Below, one piece after another: positions 19,834 to 32,624 of a stretch of DNA of 64,000 nucleotides (position 1 is its first letter; every line of letters begins with the position of its first letter). The stretch spans positions 3,385 through 67,384 of the forward strand of contig CAIPUN010000083.1 of NCBI GenBank assembly GCA_903868245.1, written 5' to 3'. The stretch is from an uncultured Sphingomonadales bacterium. Its GTDB lineage: Bacteria; Pseudomonadota; Alphaproteobacteria; Sphingomonadales; Sphingomonadaceae. The position numbers were made by a program, and so were the translations under genes. A model generated the notes under the pieces. The model was not told where the DNA came from and did no database searches. It saw only the letters and a list, made by a program, of their open reading frames with translations.

Positions 19834-20043
19834 TCATTTATAATGCGCGCGCCGGTCGCCGAAATCGCGGACACGCTTGCGCCATGCGCGATAGCTTCCG
19901 GGTTTTAATTCGGTGCGCATGATGACTTTAACCTCGTCGGGCGTGATTCCGTGCTGTGCCGAAATCTGCGTGAAGCTGACATGGTCGGACAGTGCCATTT
20001 CGACGATCTCACTTATCTGCGCTGACGATAGCGGGGTGGGCAT
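19834..20043 (-). CDS. TIGR03643/DUF2805-like small protein
   Basis: IVEMALSDHVSF...I...G...EV..IMR..LKPGSYRAWRKRV; RBS-like spacing after the guaA stop. Confidence 0.75.
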   Translation of the reverse strand: MPTPLSSAQISEIVEMALSDHVSFTQISAQHGITPDEVKVIMRTELKPGSYRAWRKRVRDFGDRRAHYK

Positions 20044-20056
20044 TTCGGTTGAACGC

Positions 20057-21631
20057 TTATTCCCACTCAATGGTCCCTGGCGGTTTAGACGTATAGTCAT
20101 ACACCACACGGTTGATGCCCTTCACCTCATTGATGATGCGTGTCGACACACGGCTTAGAAACGCGCTTTCGAACGGATAAATGTCCGCGGTCATGCCGTC
20201 GGTGGAGGTCACTGCGCGCAAGGCGCAGACATTGTCATAAGTGCGGCCATCGCCCATCACGCCGACGGTGCGGACGGGCAAGAGCACGGCAAAGGCCTGC
20301 CAAATCGCGTCATACAGCCCTGCGTTTCGGATTTCCTCGAGATAGACCGCGTCCGCCTTGCGCAACACGTCGCACCGCTCCTTGGTCACTTCGCCCGGAA
20401 TGCGGATGGCGAGGCCGGGTCCGGGGAAGGGGTGGCGGCCGACAAATTGATCATTCAGGCCAAGCTCACGGCCCAGAACGCGGACCTCATCCTTGAACAA
20501 TTCGCGCAAGGGTTCGACCAGTTGCATATTCATCCGCGCGGGCAGGCCGCCGACATTATGGTGGCTTTTGATCGTAACCGATGGCCCGCCGGTGAAGCTG
20601 ACGCTTTCGATCACATCGGGGTAGAGCGTGCCTTGCGCCAAGAAATCCGCACCGCCGATTTTCTTCGCTTCTTCTTCAAAGACGTTGATGAATTCCGCGC
20701 CGATAAATTTGCGCTTCTTTTCGGGGTCCGTGACGCCCGCTAGGCCCGCCATAAAGCGTTCTTCGGCGTCCACGACAACGAGTGGTATGTTATAATGGTC
20801 GCGGAACAGCGTTTCGACCTGTGCACGTTCGTTCATGCGCAGCAAGCCATGGTCGACAAACACGCAGGTGAGTTGGTCGCCAATGGCTTCGTGAATCAGA
20901 ATCGCGGCGACCGAGCTATCGACGCCGCCCGACAGGCCGCAAATGACGCGGCCGGAGCCGACCTGTGCACGGATCTCGGCGATTTTCGTCGCGCGGAATT
21001 CCGCCATGGTCCAATCGCCGGCCAGCCCGCAGACCTTGTGCACGAAGTTGGAAATCAGCTTTGCGCCATCGGGCGTATGCACAACTTCGGGGTGAAACTG
21101 GATGCCATAATATTGCCGTGCTTCGTCGGCGATAAAAGCATAAGGCGCGCCATCGCTGGTGGCGACAACTTCAAAGCCCGGGGCAAGGCTAGTCACCTTG
21201 TCGCCATGGCTCATCCACACCTGATGCTTTTCGCCCGTCTGCCAAAGGCTATCGAACAAGGCGCAGGGTTTTTCGACCTCGATAAAGGCACGGCCAAATT
21301 CGCCGCCATCGCCTTCGCTGACATGGCCGCCCAGCTGCATCATCATCGTTTGCTGGCCATAGCAAATGCCAAGGATGGGAAGGCCGCTGTCGAACACGCA
21401 TTGCGGCGCGCGCGGGGATCCGGTGTGCGTGGTGGACGCTGGACCGCCGGACAAGATGATGCCCTTTGGCTGCATACGCGCGAACGCCGCCTCTGCATTA
21501 TTGAATGGGGCGATTTCGGAATAGACCCCCGCCTCGCGCACGCGGCGGGCGATAAGCTGGGTGACTTGCGATCCGAAATCGATGATCAGGATGGAGTCCG
21601 AAGGGCACGCTTGTGTTTTGGATTCTGGCAT
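20057..21631 (-). CDS. guaA: GMP synthase (glutamine-hydrolysing)
   Basis: [48 protein letters not shown]. Confidence 0.98.
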   Translation of the reverse strand: MPESKTQACPSDSILIIDFGSQVTQLIARRVREAGVYSEIAPFNNAEAAFARMQPKGIILSGGPASTTHTGSPRAPQCVFDSGLPILGICYGQQTMMMQLGGHVSEGDGGEFGRAFIEVEKPCALFDSLWQTGEKHQVWMSHGDKVTSLAPGFEVVATSDGAPYAFIADEARQYYGIQFHPEVVHTPDGAKLISNFVHKVCGLAGDWTMAEFRATKIAEIRAQVGSGRVICGLSGGVDSSVAAILIHEAIGDQLTCVFVDHGLLRMNERAQVETLFRDHYNIPLVVVDAEERFMAGLAGVTDPEKKRKFIGAEFINVFEEEAKKIGGADFLAQGTLYPDVIESVSFTGGPSVTIKSHHNVGGLPARMNMQLVEPLRELFKDEVRVLGRELGLNDQFVGRHPFPGPGLAIRIPGEVTKERCDVLRKADAVYLEEIRNAGLYDAIWQAFAVLLPVRTVGVMGDGRTYDNVCALRAVTSTDGMTADIYPFESAFLSRVSTRIINEVKGINRVVYDYTSKPPGTIEWE

Positions 21632-21703
21632 GCCCAGCCGATAGAGATACTGGCGCGCGCTGTCCAGTTGCCACCTTTGTCTTTGACGCGCTATGCTGCG
21701 CAC

Positions 21704-22228
21704 ATGAGCAAAAATGACACCCGCCGCGCGGAGATTATCCAGCGATTGACCGATTATGTCCTGGCAGAGGGATTGTCGGCGGCAAGCCTGCGTCCCTTGG
21801 CTAAGGCGGCGGGAACGAGTGACCGGATGCTGCTCTATTATTTTGCCGACAAGCGCGCGATTATCACCGCGGTGCTAGAGCAAATCTCGGCGCGGCTGGT
21901 GGGGCTGATGTCCGAACAAACCGCGTCTGCGCCGTTGCCGTTGGAAGATCTGCGCCGCCAACTATCAGAGCTTTTGTTTGAGGACGCGTTATGGCCGTAT
22001 ATGCGCATCTGGCTTCAGGTGGCGGCGCGTGCGGCGATGGGCGATGCCTTTTATCGCGGCGTAGGCGAACAGATAGGCCGTGGTTTTCTGGACTGGGGCA
22101 AAATGCAGTTGAAGGCAGACAGCGCGGCGCAGCTGGAGGTTGATGCCGCGCGCCTGCTGGTCAGCATGGAAGGCATGCTGTTCCTGAAAAGCATTGGCCT
22201 GGATGACGTAAACGCCAAGGCACTTTAA
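21704..22228 (+). CDS. TetR/AcrR family regulator
   Basis: [28 protein letters not shown]; start taken at MSKNDT. Confidence 0.9.
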   Translation: MSKNDTRRAEIIQRLTDYVLAEGLSAASLRPLAKAAGTSDRMLLYYFADKRAIITAVLEQISARLVGLMSEQTASAPLPLEDLRRQLSELLFEDALWPYMRIWLQVAARAAMGDAFYRGVGEQIGRGFLDWGKMQLKADSAAQLEVDAARLLVSMEGMLFLKSIGLDDVNAKAL

Positions 22229-22575
22229 CGCCGGTTTTCGGCCCTTGCTTTGCCCAACAATATAGCTGCGCTGTCGCCTTTATTTCGGATGCTTTCGACG
22301 AGCAAATAGGCTGCCAAAAACGGTGCGCCCAAGTTGAAGGCTGCAAATCCCAAGAGCAGCCCGCCCACCGAAAATGCATGCCGCCACGCGACCCAAACGC
22401 CGGACATGATGAGGAAGCCCAAAAAGTCGATATTAAACTGCCCGTTCCATGTCATGTCCGCAATGTCGCCGAAAAATATCGGATATAGTCCCATGCCATG
22501 ATTCATGATGACGATGGCAGTGTAGACACCGATAACGGCAATGATGGTCACGAGAAATATACGGAACAAAGTCAT
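22225..22575 (-). CDS. Small membrane protein of unknown function
   Basis: 116 aa, 3-4 TM segments, WNGQFNIDF motif; RBS AGGAG; stop overlaps the TetR stop. Confidence 0.82.
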   Translation of the reverse strand: MTLFRIFLVTIIAVIGVYTAIVIMNHGMGLYPIFFGDIADMTWNGQFNIDFLGFLIMSGVWVAWRHAFSVGGLLLGFAAFNLGAPFLAAYLLVESIRNKGDSAAILLGKARAENRR

Positions 22576-22612
22576 GGTTTGGCTCCTGAAACTAGAGCAT
22601 CACCATAACAAA

Positions 22613-22628
22613 TGTAGCGAGTGCTACA
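22613..22628. promoter_or_regulatory. Palindromic operator, probably for the neighbouring TetR
   Basis: TGTAGC-GAGT-GCTACA, about 40 bp upstream of the 22225-22575 gene. Confidence 0.65.
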
Positions 22629-22667
22629 AGTGCTGTTTTATATGCTGGCAAGATGCGGCCAACCATT

Positions 22668-22738
22668 CGTCATCCTGAACTTGTTTCGGGATAACGCACC
22701 GCCGTCGCCTGTCATCCTGAAACAAGTTCAGGATGATG
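22668..22738. repeat. CGTC-type REP doublet (REPIN), 71-bp class
   Basis: CGTCATCCTGAACTTGTTTCGGGAT, 21-nt spacer, ATCCTGAAACAAGTTCAGGATGATG. Confidence 0.9.
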
Positions 22739-22814
22739 ATGGGTTTTTGGAATGACGATGGGCTTTTGGGATGACGATGATTTTTGGGATAACGAAGTCG
22801 GTTCAGGGTAACAG
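22739..22814 (-). repeat. Tandem array of four truncated REP ends (about 19-bp period)
   Basis: GACG-like ends at 22738, 22757, 22776, 22794 and 22813; unit on the minus strand is about ATCGTCATCCCAAAAGCCC. Confidence 0.85.
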
Positions 22815-22831
22815 ATTGCGGCGGTTCATGC

Positions 22832-23620
22832 TTAGGAAGTGCGCATGTCGTCCGTCAGCTCCACCCAAGTCGGGGCATGATCGCTCGCCTTTTCGCGACC
22901 ACGATGGTCCTTGTCGATGCCACAACTGATGAGGCGGTCGGCGACGGCGGGGCTTAACAACAGATGGTCGATGCGAAAGCCATGGTCGCGTTGCCATGCG
23001 CCCGCCTGAAAGTCCCAAAAGGTCCACACTCCGCCTTGCGGATAATGCGTGGCGAGCGCGTCGGTCCAGCCTTGGCCAAGCAAGGCGCGATAGGCGGCTA
23101 TGCTTTCGGGCTGACGCAGCGCATCATCCAACATCGCACCAGGGGCCCAGATATCATGTGCGTGCGGGATGACATTATAGTCACCTGCCAACACCGCAGG
23201 AATTTCTGCTGCCAGCAGCTCCGCCGCGCGGGCATATAACCGCTGCATCCATGCGAGCTTATAGTCGAATTTGGGGCCGGGTTGCGGGTTGCCATTGGGC
23301 AAATAAATGCTCGCGACGCGGATGCCGAAAACATCAGCCTCCAAATAACGCGCATGTTCGTCCAACGGATCGCCGGGCAAAGTGCGCTGCGTCTCTACAG
23401 GCTGTGCGCCTTTGGCGAGAATGGCGACGCCATTGAACGATTTTTGTCCATGCCAGATCGCGCCATAGCCAGCGCGTTCAAACTCCGCGATGGGAAAGCC
23501 CTCATCTTGGGACTTTACCTCTTGTAAACAGGCAATGTCGGGCTGGGTTTCCTCCAACCATTCCAGCAATCGGGGCAGGCGCGCCTTGACGCCATTAATA
23601 TTGTAAGTCGCAATACGCAT
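22832..23620 (-). CDS. xth: Exodeoxyribonuclease III
   Basis: ATYNING, CLQEVK, YLPNGN, GDYN, RIDHLL, SDHAP. Confidence 0.96.
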   Translation of the reverse strand: MRIATYNINGVKARLPRLLEWLEETQPDIACLQEVKSQDEGFPIAEFERAGYGAIWHGQKSFNGVAILAKGAQPVETQRTLPGDPLDEHARYLEADVFGIRVASIYLPNGNPQPGPKFDYKLAWMQRLYARAAELLAAEIPAVLAGDYNVIPHAHDIWAPGAMLDDALRQPESIAAYRALLGQGWTDALATHYPQGGVWTFWDFQAGAWQRDHGFRIDHLLLSPAVADRLISCGIDKDHRGREKASDHAPTWVELTDDMRTS

Positions 23621-23672
23621 GAGGCCTCGTAGCGCAATACGCCTTCACGCTGAACCTACTTTCTCACCCTTA

Positions 23673-23761
23673 CGTCATGCTGAACTTGTTTCAGCATCCA
23701 TTGTGCAGCAAAGACCTGAGCTGATCGGCGAAATGGAACCTGAAACGAATTCAGGGTGACG
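23673..23761. repeat. CGTC-type REPIN, 89-bp class
   Basis: CGTCATGCTGAACTTGTTTCAGCAT, 39-nt spacer, AACCTGAAACGAATTCAGGGTGACG. Confidence 0.88.
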
Positions 23762-23801
23762 TTGTGTGTGGAGTTAACTGAGGCGTTAATGGGCCACGCC
23801 C

Positions 23802-24152
23802 CTAAACTGAAAAGCTGGATCCGCAGCCGCAACCCGCTTGCGCCTGCGGGTTTGTAACCTTGAAGCTTTTGCCGCCAAGCGATTCTACGAAGTCTACGGC
23901 GGACCCGCGCACGAGATCAAGGCTCATGGGGTCGACAACCAACGACGCGCCGTCGCCCTGCGCTTGAATGTCGTCGGCCTCAATCGAGTCGGCCAAGCCA
24001 AAGCGATATTGAAAGCCCGAACAGCCGCCGCCTTCAACCGACAAGCGCAGCACAGGGTCTTTGCCCAATTTGGTTGCGATTTCGGCCACGCGCCGCGCCG
24101 CGTTGGGCGTCATGGAAATATCTGTCATGGAGATGACTTCAGTGTCTGTCAT
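23802..24152 (-). CDS. erpA: Fe-S cluster insertion protein ErpA (HesB/IscA family)
   Basis: VEGGGCSGFQY and NPQAQAGCGCGSSF. Start 24152 (leaderless pattern) or 24128. Confidence 0.93.
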   Translation of the reverse strand: MTDTEVISMTDISMTPNAARRVAEIATKLGKDPVLRLSVEGGGCSGFQYRFGLADSIEADDIQAQGDGASLVVDPMSLDLVRGSAVDFVESLGGKSFKVTNPQAQAGCGCGSSFSV

Positions 24153-24180
24153 GAAGCTTATGTAGGCCATGCCACAGATA

Positions 24181-24216
24181 AAGAAAAGGGGCGGCAAAGT
24201 AACCTATGCCAGCCCC
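24181..24216 (-). terminator. Intrinsic terminator of the M23 gene
   Basis: Minus strand GGGGCTGGCA-loop-TGCCGCCCC-TTTTCTT. Confidence 0.65.
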
Positions 24217-24260
24217 CAAGATTACACCCTCTCCCAAAGGTGATGCGTTAGCCTGTCCGC

Positions 24261-24992
24261 TTACTCACCTTCAGCAGGACCGCCAATGGCATTGCTATCA
24301 GCAGATTTTGCAGCAAGCAAGAATTTTGCGCCGGTCGGGTCTGATTGCTGTGGGGCGAGGAAAGCAATTGGATTGATCGCTTCACCAGCGATGCGGACTT
24401 CATAATGCAGATGGCTTCCGGTGGAGCGGCCAGTTGAACCCATATAGCCCAAAATGTCGCCCTTGCGGATACGCTGGCCGGGCGCCACGTTCATCGCTGA
24501 CAAATGGCCATAACGTGTCTGCACCGCGTTGCCGTGGTTGATTTCAACAAATTTGCCATAGCCGCCAACCCATTCGGCACGACCAACAGTGCCATCTGCG
24601 GTTGCAAAAATGGGTGTGCCCACGGGACCCGGAATATCGATGCCCTTGTGATTGCGGCTTGCACCCCGTGTGGGTGCATTACGATAGCCAAACCCGCTGG
24701 AGAATTTCATAGTCTCAACAGGGTTGATCGACGGAACGGCAACGGCGACCTTATTAACGGCGCCGTTGATGCGGCCCCAGCTGTCGTTCAACGCGCGAAA
24801 TTCAGGGTCCGAAACGCCCAGAGCGGTTTGGTTTGCCTTCAAATCTTCGGGTGAAATACGGAAAGTGTCAGAAGAAGCGGCAGCTGAGTTTGCAACAGCA
24901 GGCGTAGCGACTGCAACAGCAACCAATATGCCGATCGCAGAGGCAGCTTTCAGGATCAGTGATTGGCACGAAGCCAAAGCGCTGGATACCAT
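24261..24992 (-). CDS. M23 family metallopeptidase (exported)
   Basis: Signal-like N-terminus; HKGID, YGHL and GSHLHYE motifs. Start approximate. Confidence 0.92.
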   Translation of the reverse strand: MVSSALASCQSLILKAASAIGILVAVAVATPAVANSAAASSDTFRISPEDLKANQTALGVSDPEFRALNDSWGRINGAVNKVAVAVPSINPVETMKFSSGFGYRNAPTRGASRNHKGIDIPGPVGTPIFATADGTVGRAEWVGGYGKFVEINHGNAVQTRYGHLSAMNVAPGQRIRKGDILGYMGSTGRSTGSHLHYEVRIAGEAINPIAFLAPQQSDPTGAKFLLAAKSADSNAIGGPAEGE

Positions 24993-25307
24993 GTGTGTCG
25001 TTACCTTGTTGTTGCGACCCGCACCGATTTTGGCGCAGCCCCGAAAATTGGACCAAGGCAGATAATCTGCCCACTTCTTATGAAAAGGGTGGTGTCCGAT
25101 GGCCCAAATGAATGCAAGTTCTGTGGGGTGAACGCGGGACAAGCCGCCGCTCAAACGCGTTGAGTCGTTGAATTGAGGCTATAGCGGCGGGTAAAATGAC
25201 GGTTTACCGATGTTTTTTAACGCGGCCGACGCCATATTGTTCCGGTCGTTCGGAAGGTGATGAACGGGATTCGCTTCGAATGACGGAGAGGCGTTTAGGG
25301 GCGGACC

Positions 25308-25766
25308 CTATAAAGCCTTAGCCGCAGCCAAAACTTCCGCTGCATGGTCTTTGACCTTCACTTTGCGCCAAATTTGCGCCACTTTGCCGTCCTTGCCGAT
25401 CAGAAAAGTCGACCGGTCAATGCCCATATAAAGTTTGCCATACATCGATTTTTCGACCCAGGCGCCCATTTGCTCGGTGGCATCACTCGATTCGTCGGAC
25501 AGCAAATGGACGTTCAGCGCATATTTCGCCGCGAATTTGGCGAGCTTGGCGGGCTTGTCTTTCGACATGCCGTAAACTGGGCACTTCAACGCTGCAAATT
25601 CAGCCGCCAATTCGGTGAAATCCTTCGCCTCATTGGTGCAGCCTGGCGTGTCCGCTTTGGGGTAGAAATAGAGTATGAACGGACCGGGAAGCGCCGCCAG
25701 ATTGACCGCATTGCCTGCGCTATCGGCGACGGTTACGTCGGGCAGCGTGTCGTTAACATCGGTCAT
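25308..25766 (-). CDS. bcp: Peroxiredoxin Bcp/PrxQ
   Basis: YFYPKADTPGCTNEAKDF, GIDRSTFLI; RBS AAAGGA. Confidence 0.94.
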   Translation of the reverse strand: MTDVNDTLPDVTVADSAGNAVNLAALPGPFILYFYPKADTPGCTNEAKDFTELAAEFAALKCPVYGMSKDKPAKLAKFAAKYALNVHLLSDESSDATEQMGAWVEKSMYGKLYMGIDRSTFLIGKDGKVAQIWRKVKVKDHAAEVLAAAKAL

Positions 25767-25779
25767 GTGTCGTTCCTTT

Positions 25780-29603
<3,824 letters not shown>

Positions 29604-29660
29604 TTAGGGGGGTTATGCGCTGGAGAAAACCAACTTTTCTGAACGCCCAATCACCGGGGA

Positions 29661-29754
29661 CATCGTCTCGTCAAAAACCGAAGCCCATCGTCATCCAAAA
29701 CCAAACCTATCGTCATCCTGAACCAAACCTATCGTCACCCGAAGCCAAACCCAT
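29661..29754 (+). repeat. Tandem array of four truncated REP ends (22-bp period)
   Basis: ATCGTC at 29662, 29687, 29709, 29731 and 29753; units CATCGTCATCCAAAACCAAACC / TATCGTCATCCTGAACCAAACC / TATCGTCACCCGAAGCCAAACC. Confidence 0.88.
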
Positions 29755-29825
29755 CGTCATCCTGAACTTGTTTCAGGATAACAAACCAATGTTGCCTGTT
29801 ATCCTGAAACAAGTTCAGGATGACG
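29755..29825. repeat. CGTC-type REPIN, 71-bp class
   Basis: CGTCATCCTGAACTTGTTTCAGGAT, 21-nt spacer, ATCCTGAAACAAGTTCAGGATGACG (perfect 25-bp inverted repeat). Confidence 0.92.
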
Positions 29826-29899
29826 AGGCGGAGAGGATTTACACATCATTGACGCAAATTGCCCTTTCAACCGCCGCCGCACCAGCCCATATAGACGCC

Positions 29900-31327
29900 A
29901 TGACTTATACAGACCCACGCTCTTATCTTTATCAACCTGGCCTGCTGGACCCCGACGCGGCGCAGCGCATTACGCGGGACGCTTTGAAAGCCTGCGATGA
30001 TGGCGAGCTCTACCTGCAATATAGCGCGACAGAGAGCTTTGGCTTTGACGATGGTCGCCTCAAAATGGCGGATTATTCGACGGGTTCGGGCTTTGGCCTG
30101 CGCGGTGTGTCGGGTGAGATGACCGGGTTCAGCCACGCCAATGACATGAGCGAGGCCGCGATCCGCCGTGCGGGGGAGACGTTGAAGCTGCTTGATCCCG
30201 CAAAGGATAAACCCGCGCCGCCACCGCGCCAGAACAACCGGCATTTATATACAGACGGCAATCCGCTTGAACTCGTGCCTTTCGCGCAAAAGGTTGCGTT
30301 GTGCCAACAGATCGACGCCGCAGCGCGGGCGCGTGACCCGCGCGTCGCACAAGTCAGCGTCAGCCTGTCGGGCAGTTGGAGCGTCGTTGAAATCGTCCGC
30401 GCCGATGGCTTTGTCGCCACCGACGTTCGGCCATTGGTCCGCCTGAATGTCTCCATCGTCGCGCAAGATGGCGATCGCCGCGAAACTGGAAATCATGGTT
30501 TTGGCGGGCGTTATCTGTACGACAAATTATTTGAAGAGCAGGAATGGGAACATGCCATTGACGTCGCCTTGGCGCAGGCGTTGACCAATTTGCGTTCGGT
30601 CGCGGCGCCCGCCGGCGAAATGACCGTGTTGCTTGGCCCCGGCTGGCCCGGCGTCTTGCTGCATGAGGCCGTTGGCCATGGCTTGGAAGGCGATTTCAAC
30701 CGCAAGGGCAGCAGTGCCTTTTCTGGAAAAATCGGGCAGCGCGTGGCCGCCCCCGGCGTTACTGTTGTCGATGATGGGACGATGCAAAATCGGCGCGGAT
30801 CCTTGTCGATAGATGATGAAGGCACGCCGACTCAGGAGAATGTCTTGATCGAAGACGGCATATTGCGCGCCTATATGCAGGACCGCATGAACGCCCGCCT
30901 GATGGGCGTGGAGCCCACGGGTAATGGCCGCCGCGAAAGTTTCGCCCATGCACCGATGCCACGCATGACCAACACCTTCATGCGCAGCGGCAATGATGAT
31001 CCTGCCGAACTGTTGAGCCGCGTCAAAAACGGCATCTTCGCCAAAAGCTTCGGCGGCGGGCAGGTTGACATTGTGTCGGGCAAATTCGTGTTTAGCTGCA
31101 CCGAGGCCTATTTGGTTAAGAACGGCAAGCTGGGCGACCCGATCAAGGGCGCGACCCTGATCGGCGATGGCCCGACGGCGCTTAACAAGGTCATTGGTCT
31201 TGGCAATGACATGGCGCTGGATGAAGGCGTTGGCGTCTGCGGCAAGGCGGGGCAAAGTGTGCCGGCAGGCGTCGGGCAACCCACAACTTTGGTGAGCGCG
31301 CTGACGGTGGGTGGAACAGCTGGTTGA
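29900..31327 (+). CDS. tldD: Metalloprotease TldD
   Basis: HEAVGHGLEGDFNRKG, GNGRRES...PMPRMTNT, CGKAGQSVPAGVGQPT. Start taken at MTYTDP, not at the REP-spanning ATG 29615. Confidence 0.95.
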   Translation: MTYTDPRSYLYQPGLLDPDAAQRITRDALKACDDGELYLQYSATESFGFDDGRLKMADYSTGSGFGLRGVSGEMTGFSHANDMSEAAIRRAGETLKLLDPAKDKPAPPPRQNNRHLYTDGNPLELVPFAQKVALCQQIDAAARARDPRVAQVSVSLSGSWSVVEIVRADGFVATDVRPLVRLNVSIVAQDGDRRETGNHGFGGRYLYDKLFEEQEWEHAIDVALAQALTNLRSVAAPAGEMTVLLGPGWPGVLLHEAVGHGLEGDFNRKGSSAFSGKIGQRVAAPGVTVVDDGTMQNRRGSLSIDDEGTPTQENVLIEDGILRAYMQDRMNARLMGVEPTGNGRRESFAHAPMPRMTNTFMRSGNDDPAELLSRVKNGIFAKSFGGGQVDIVSGKFVFSCTEAYLVKNGKLGDPIKGATLIGDGPTALNKVIGLGNDMALDEGVGVCGKAGQSVPAGVGQPTTLVSALTVGGTAG

Positions 31328-31381
31328 TTGGTGCCTTTATTCGGCCAGAACGCCGATATGGCCTGACCCTGTGACCGATAT

Positions 31382-32086
31382 ATGAGCCACGCGGTCAAGA
31401 TTGCGACCTATAATATCCGCAAGGCGGTGGGGTTGGATCAGCGCCGCAATCCAGCGCGAATCTTGTCGGTGCTGAATGAAATGGATGCCGATATTGTCGC
31501 CTTGCAAGAGGTGGACCGCCGCTTTGGTGCGCGGGTGAGCGCGATACCCTTGGCGATGCTGGCGGCGGATTCGCCTTATGTGCCCGTGCCGCTAAATGCC
31601 TATCCAGCGGCGATTGGTTGGCACGGCAATTTGATATTATTGCGCAAGGGCATTGAGATCCGCCATGCCCAGCCCATCGACATGCCCACGCTCGAACCGC
31701 GCGGCGCGGTAATGGCGGAACTGTCAGTAAGCGGGCATAGTTTGCGCGTCATTGGCGTGCATCTTGATTTGTCGGGGCTGTGGCGGCGTAAGCAAATTCG
31801 CGCTTTATTGGCGGCTGTGGATGCTAGCCCGCGCCATATGCCAACGGTGATGATGGGTGATTTCAACCAATGGTCGAACAAAGGTGCGCTCAGCGAACTT
31901 GCCTTTCACCATCACCGATTGGTGCAGACACCCAAAAGTTTCCATACGTCGCGCCCAGTCGCGCGATTGGACCGGATAATTGTCAGCCACGATGTGCGCG
32001 TCACCGCTGCGGACAGCCATATTTCGGCTTTGTCCAAACAATCATCGGACCATCTGCCTTTGTGGGCGACGATAGAGATTGGTTAA
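31382..32086 (+). CDS. Endonuclease/exonuclease/phosphatase family protein
   Basis: ATYNI, ALQEVD, VHL, GDFN, LDRI, SDHLP. Confidence 0.9.
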   Translation: MSHAVKIATYNIRKAVGLDQRRNPARILSVLNEMDADIVALQEVDRRFGARVSAIPLAMLAADSPYVPVPLNAYPAAIGWHGNLILLRKGIEIRHAQPIDMPTLEPRGAVMAELSVSGHSLRVIGVHLDLSGLWRRKQIRALLAAVDASPRHMPTVMMGDFNQWSNKGALSELAFHHHRLVQTPKSFHTSRPVARLDRIIVSHDVRVTAADSHISALSKQSSDHLPLWATIEIG

Positions 32087-32087
32087 T

Positions 32088-32133
32088 TGCCTAAATATTA
32101 GGCATCAAAAAATGACTGATTAAATAATAGGCA
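32088..32133. promoter_or_regulatory. Two tandem NtrC binding sites
   Basis: TGCCTAAATATTAGGCA (32088-32104, TGC-N11-GCA) and TGATTAAATAATAGGCA (32117-32133), about 75-120 bp upstream of a sigma54 promoter. Confidence 0.85.
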
Positions 32134-32207
32134 CTATTTACTTCCGCGTCGCGCGTGCGCCACTCCCCATAGCTGAATATGAACGCTTTTGCGTGATTTC
32201 TGCGTTC

Positions 32208-32223
32208 TGGCACGGCGTTTGCA
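32208..32223 (+). promoter_or_regulatory. Sigma54 (-24/-12) promoter of glnK-amtB
   Basis: TGGCACGGCGTTTGCA matches TGGCACG-N4-TTGC. Confidence 0.92.
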
Positions 32224-32254
32224 TATTGCAGTGCAACACCATCAGGGGGTCTGC

Positions 32255-32593
32255 ATGAAATATATTATCGCTGTGATTAAGCCGCACAAGCTGGATCCGG
32301 TGCGCGAGGCGCTGACCGCGCTAGGCGTGTCCGGCATGACGGTGAGCGAAGTCAAAGGCTTTGGCCGGCAAAAGGGTCAAACCGAAATCTACCGTGGCGC
32401 CGAATATGCGACCAATATGGTGCCAAAGGTAAAGATCGAGATTGCTTGCGCATCCGATCAAGCTTCTGCGGTCATTGAGGCCATTCAGCATGCTGCCGAA
32501 ACCGGAGCCATTGGCGATGGCAAAATTTTCGAATTCGATCTCGCTGGTGCGTTACGCATCCGCACCGGCGACACCAACGAAACCGCGCTTTGA
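32255..32593 (+). CDS. glnK: P-II nitrogen regulator
   Basis: IKPHKLD, GFGRQKGQTEIYRGAEY, IGDGKIF; directly upstream of amtB. Confidence 0.96.
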   Translation: MKYIIAVIKPHKLDPVREALTALGVSGMTVSEVKGFGRQKGQTEIYRGAEYATNMVPKVKIEIACASDQASAVIEAIQHAAETGAIGDGKIFEFDLAGALRIRTGDTNETAL

Positions 32594-32624
32594 CGCGATT
32601 ACATCAAGCTAGGGGAACCAGATA

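Noticed and set aside
20795-21703. Long + strand extension of the TetR ORF (477 aa total)
   Set aside because: Antisense shadow of guaA; the HTH begins at MSKNDT (21704).
2830-25220. CtrA-like TTAA pairs at about 2830, 23775 and 25205
   Set aside because: Spacing is 8 or more nt rather than TTAA-N7-TTAA.
25238-25252. GTTC-N5-GTTC as an alphaproteobacterial LexA box
   Set aside because: The LexA box needs GTTC-N7-GTTC; the spacing does not fit.
29615-29899. 95-aa N-terminal extension of TldD reading through the REP array (…VILNLFQD…ILKQVQDDE…)
   Set aside because: The apparent RBS (AGGGGGG) is the reverse complement of the tgt -10 region. The peptide is simply translated REP sequence, and TldD similarity starts at MTYTDP.
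29900-31327. tldD without an adjacent tldE/pmbA
   Set aside because: The two genes are often unlinked, so this is uninformative within a 64-kb window.
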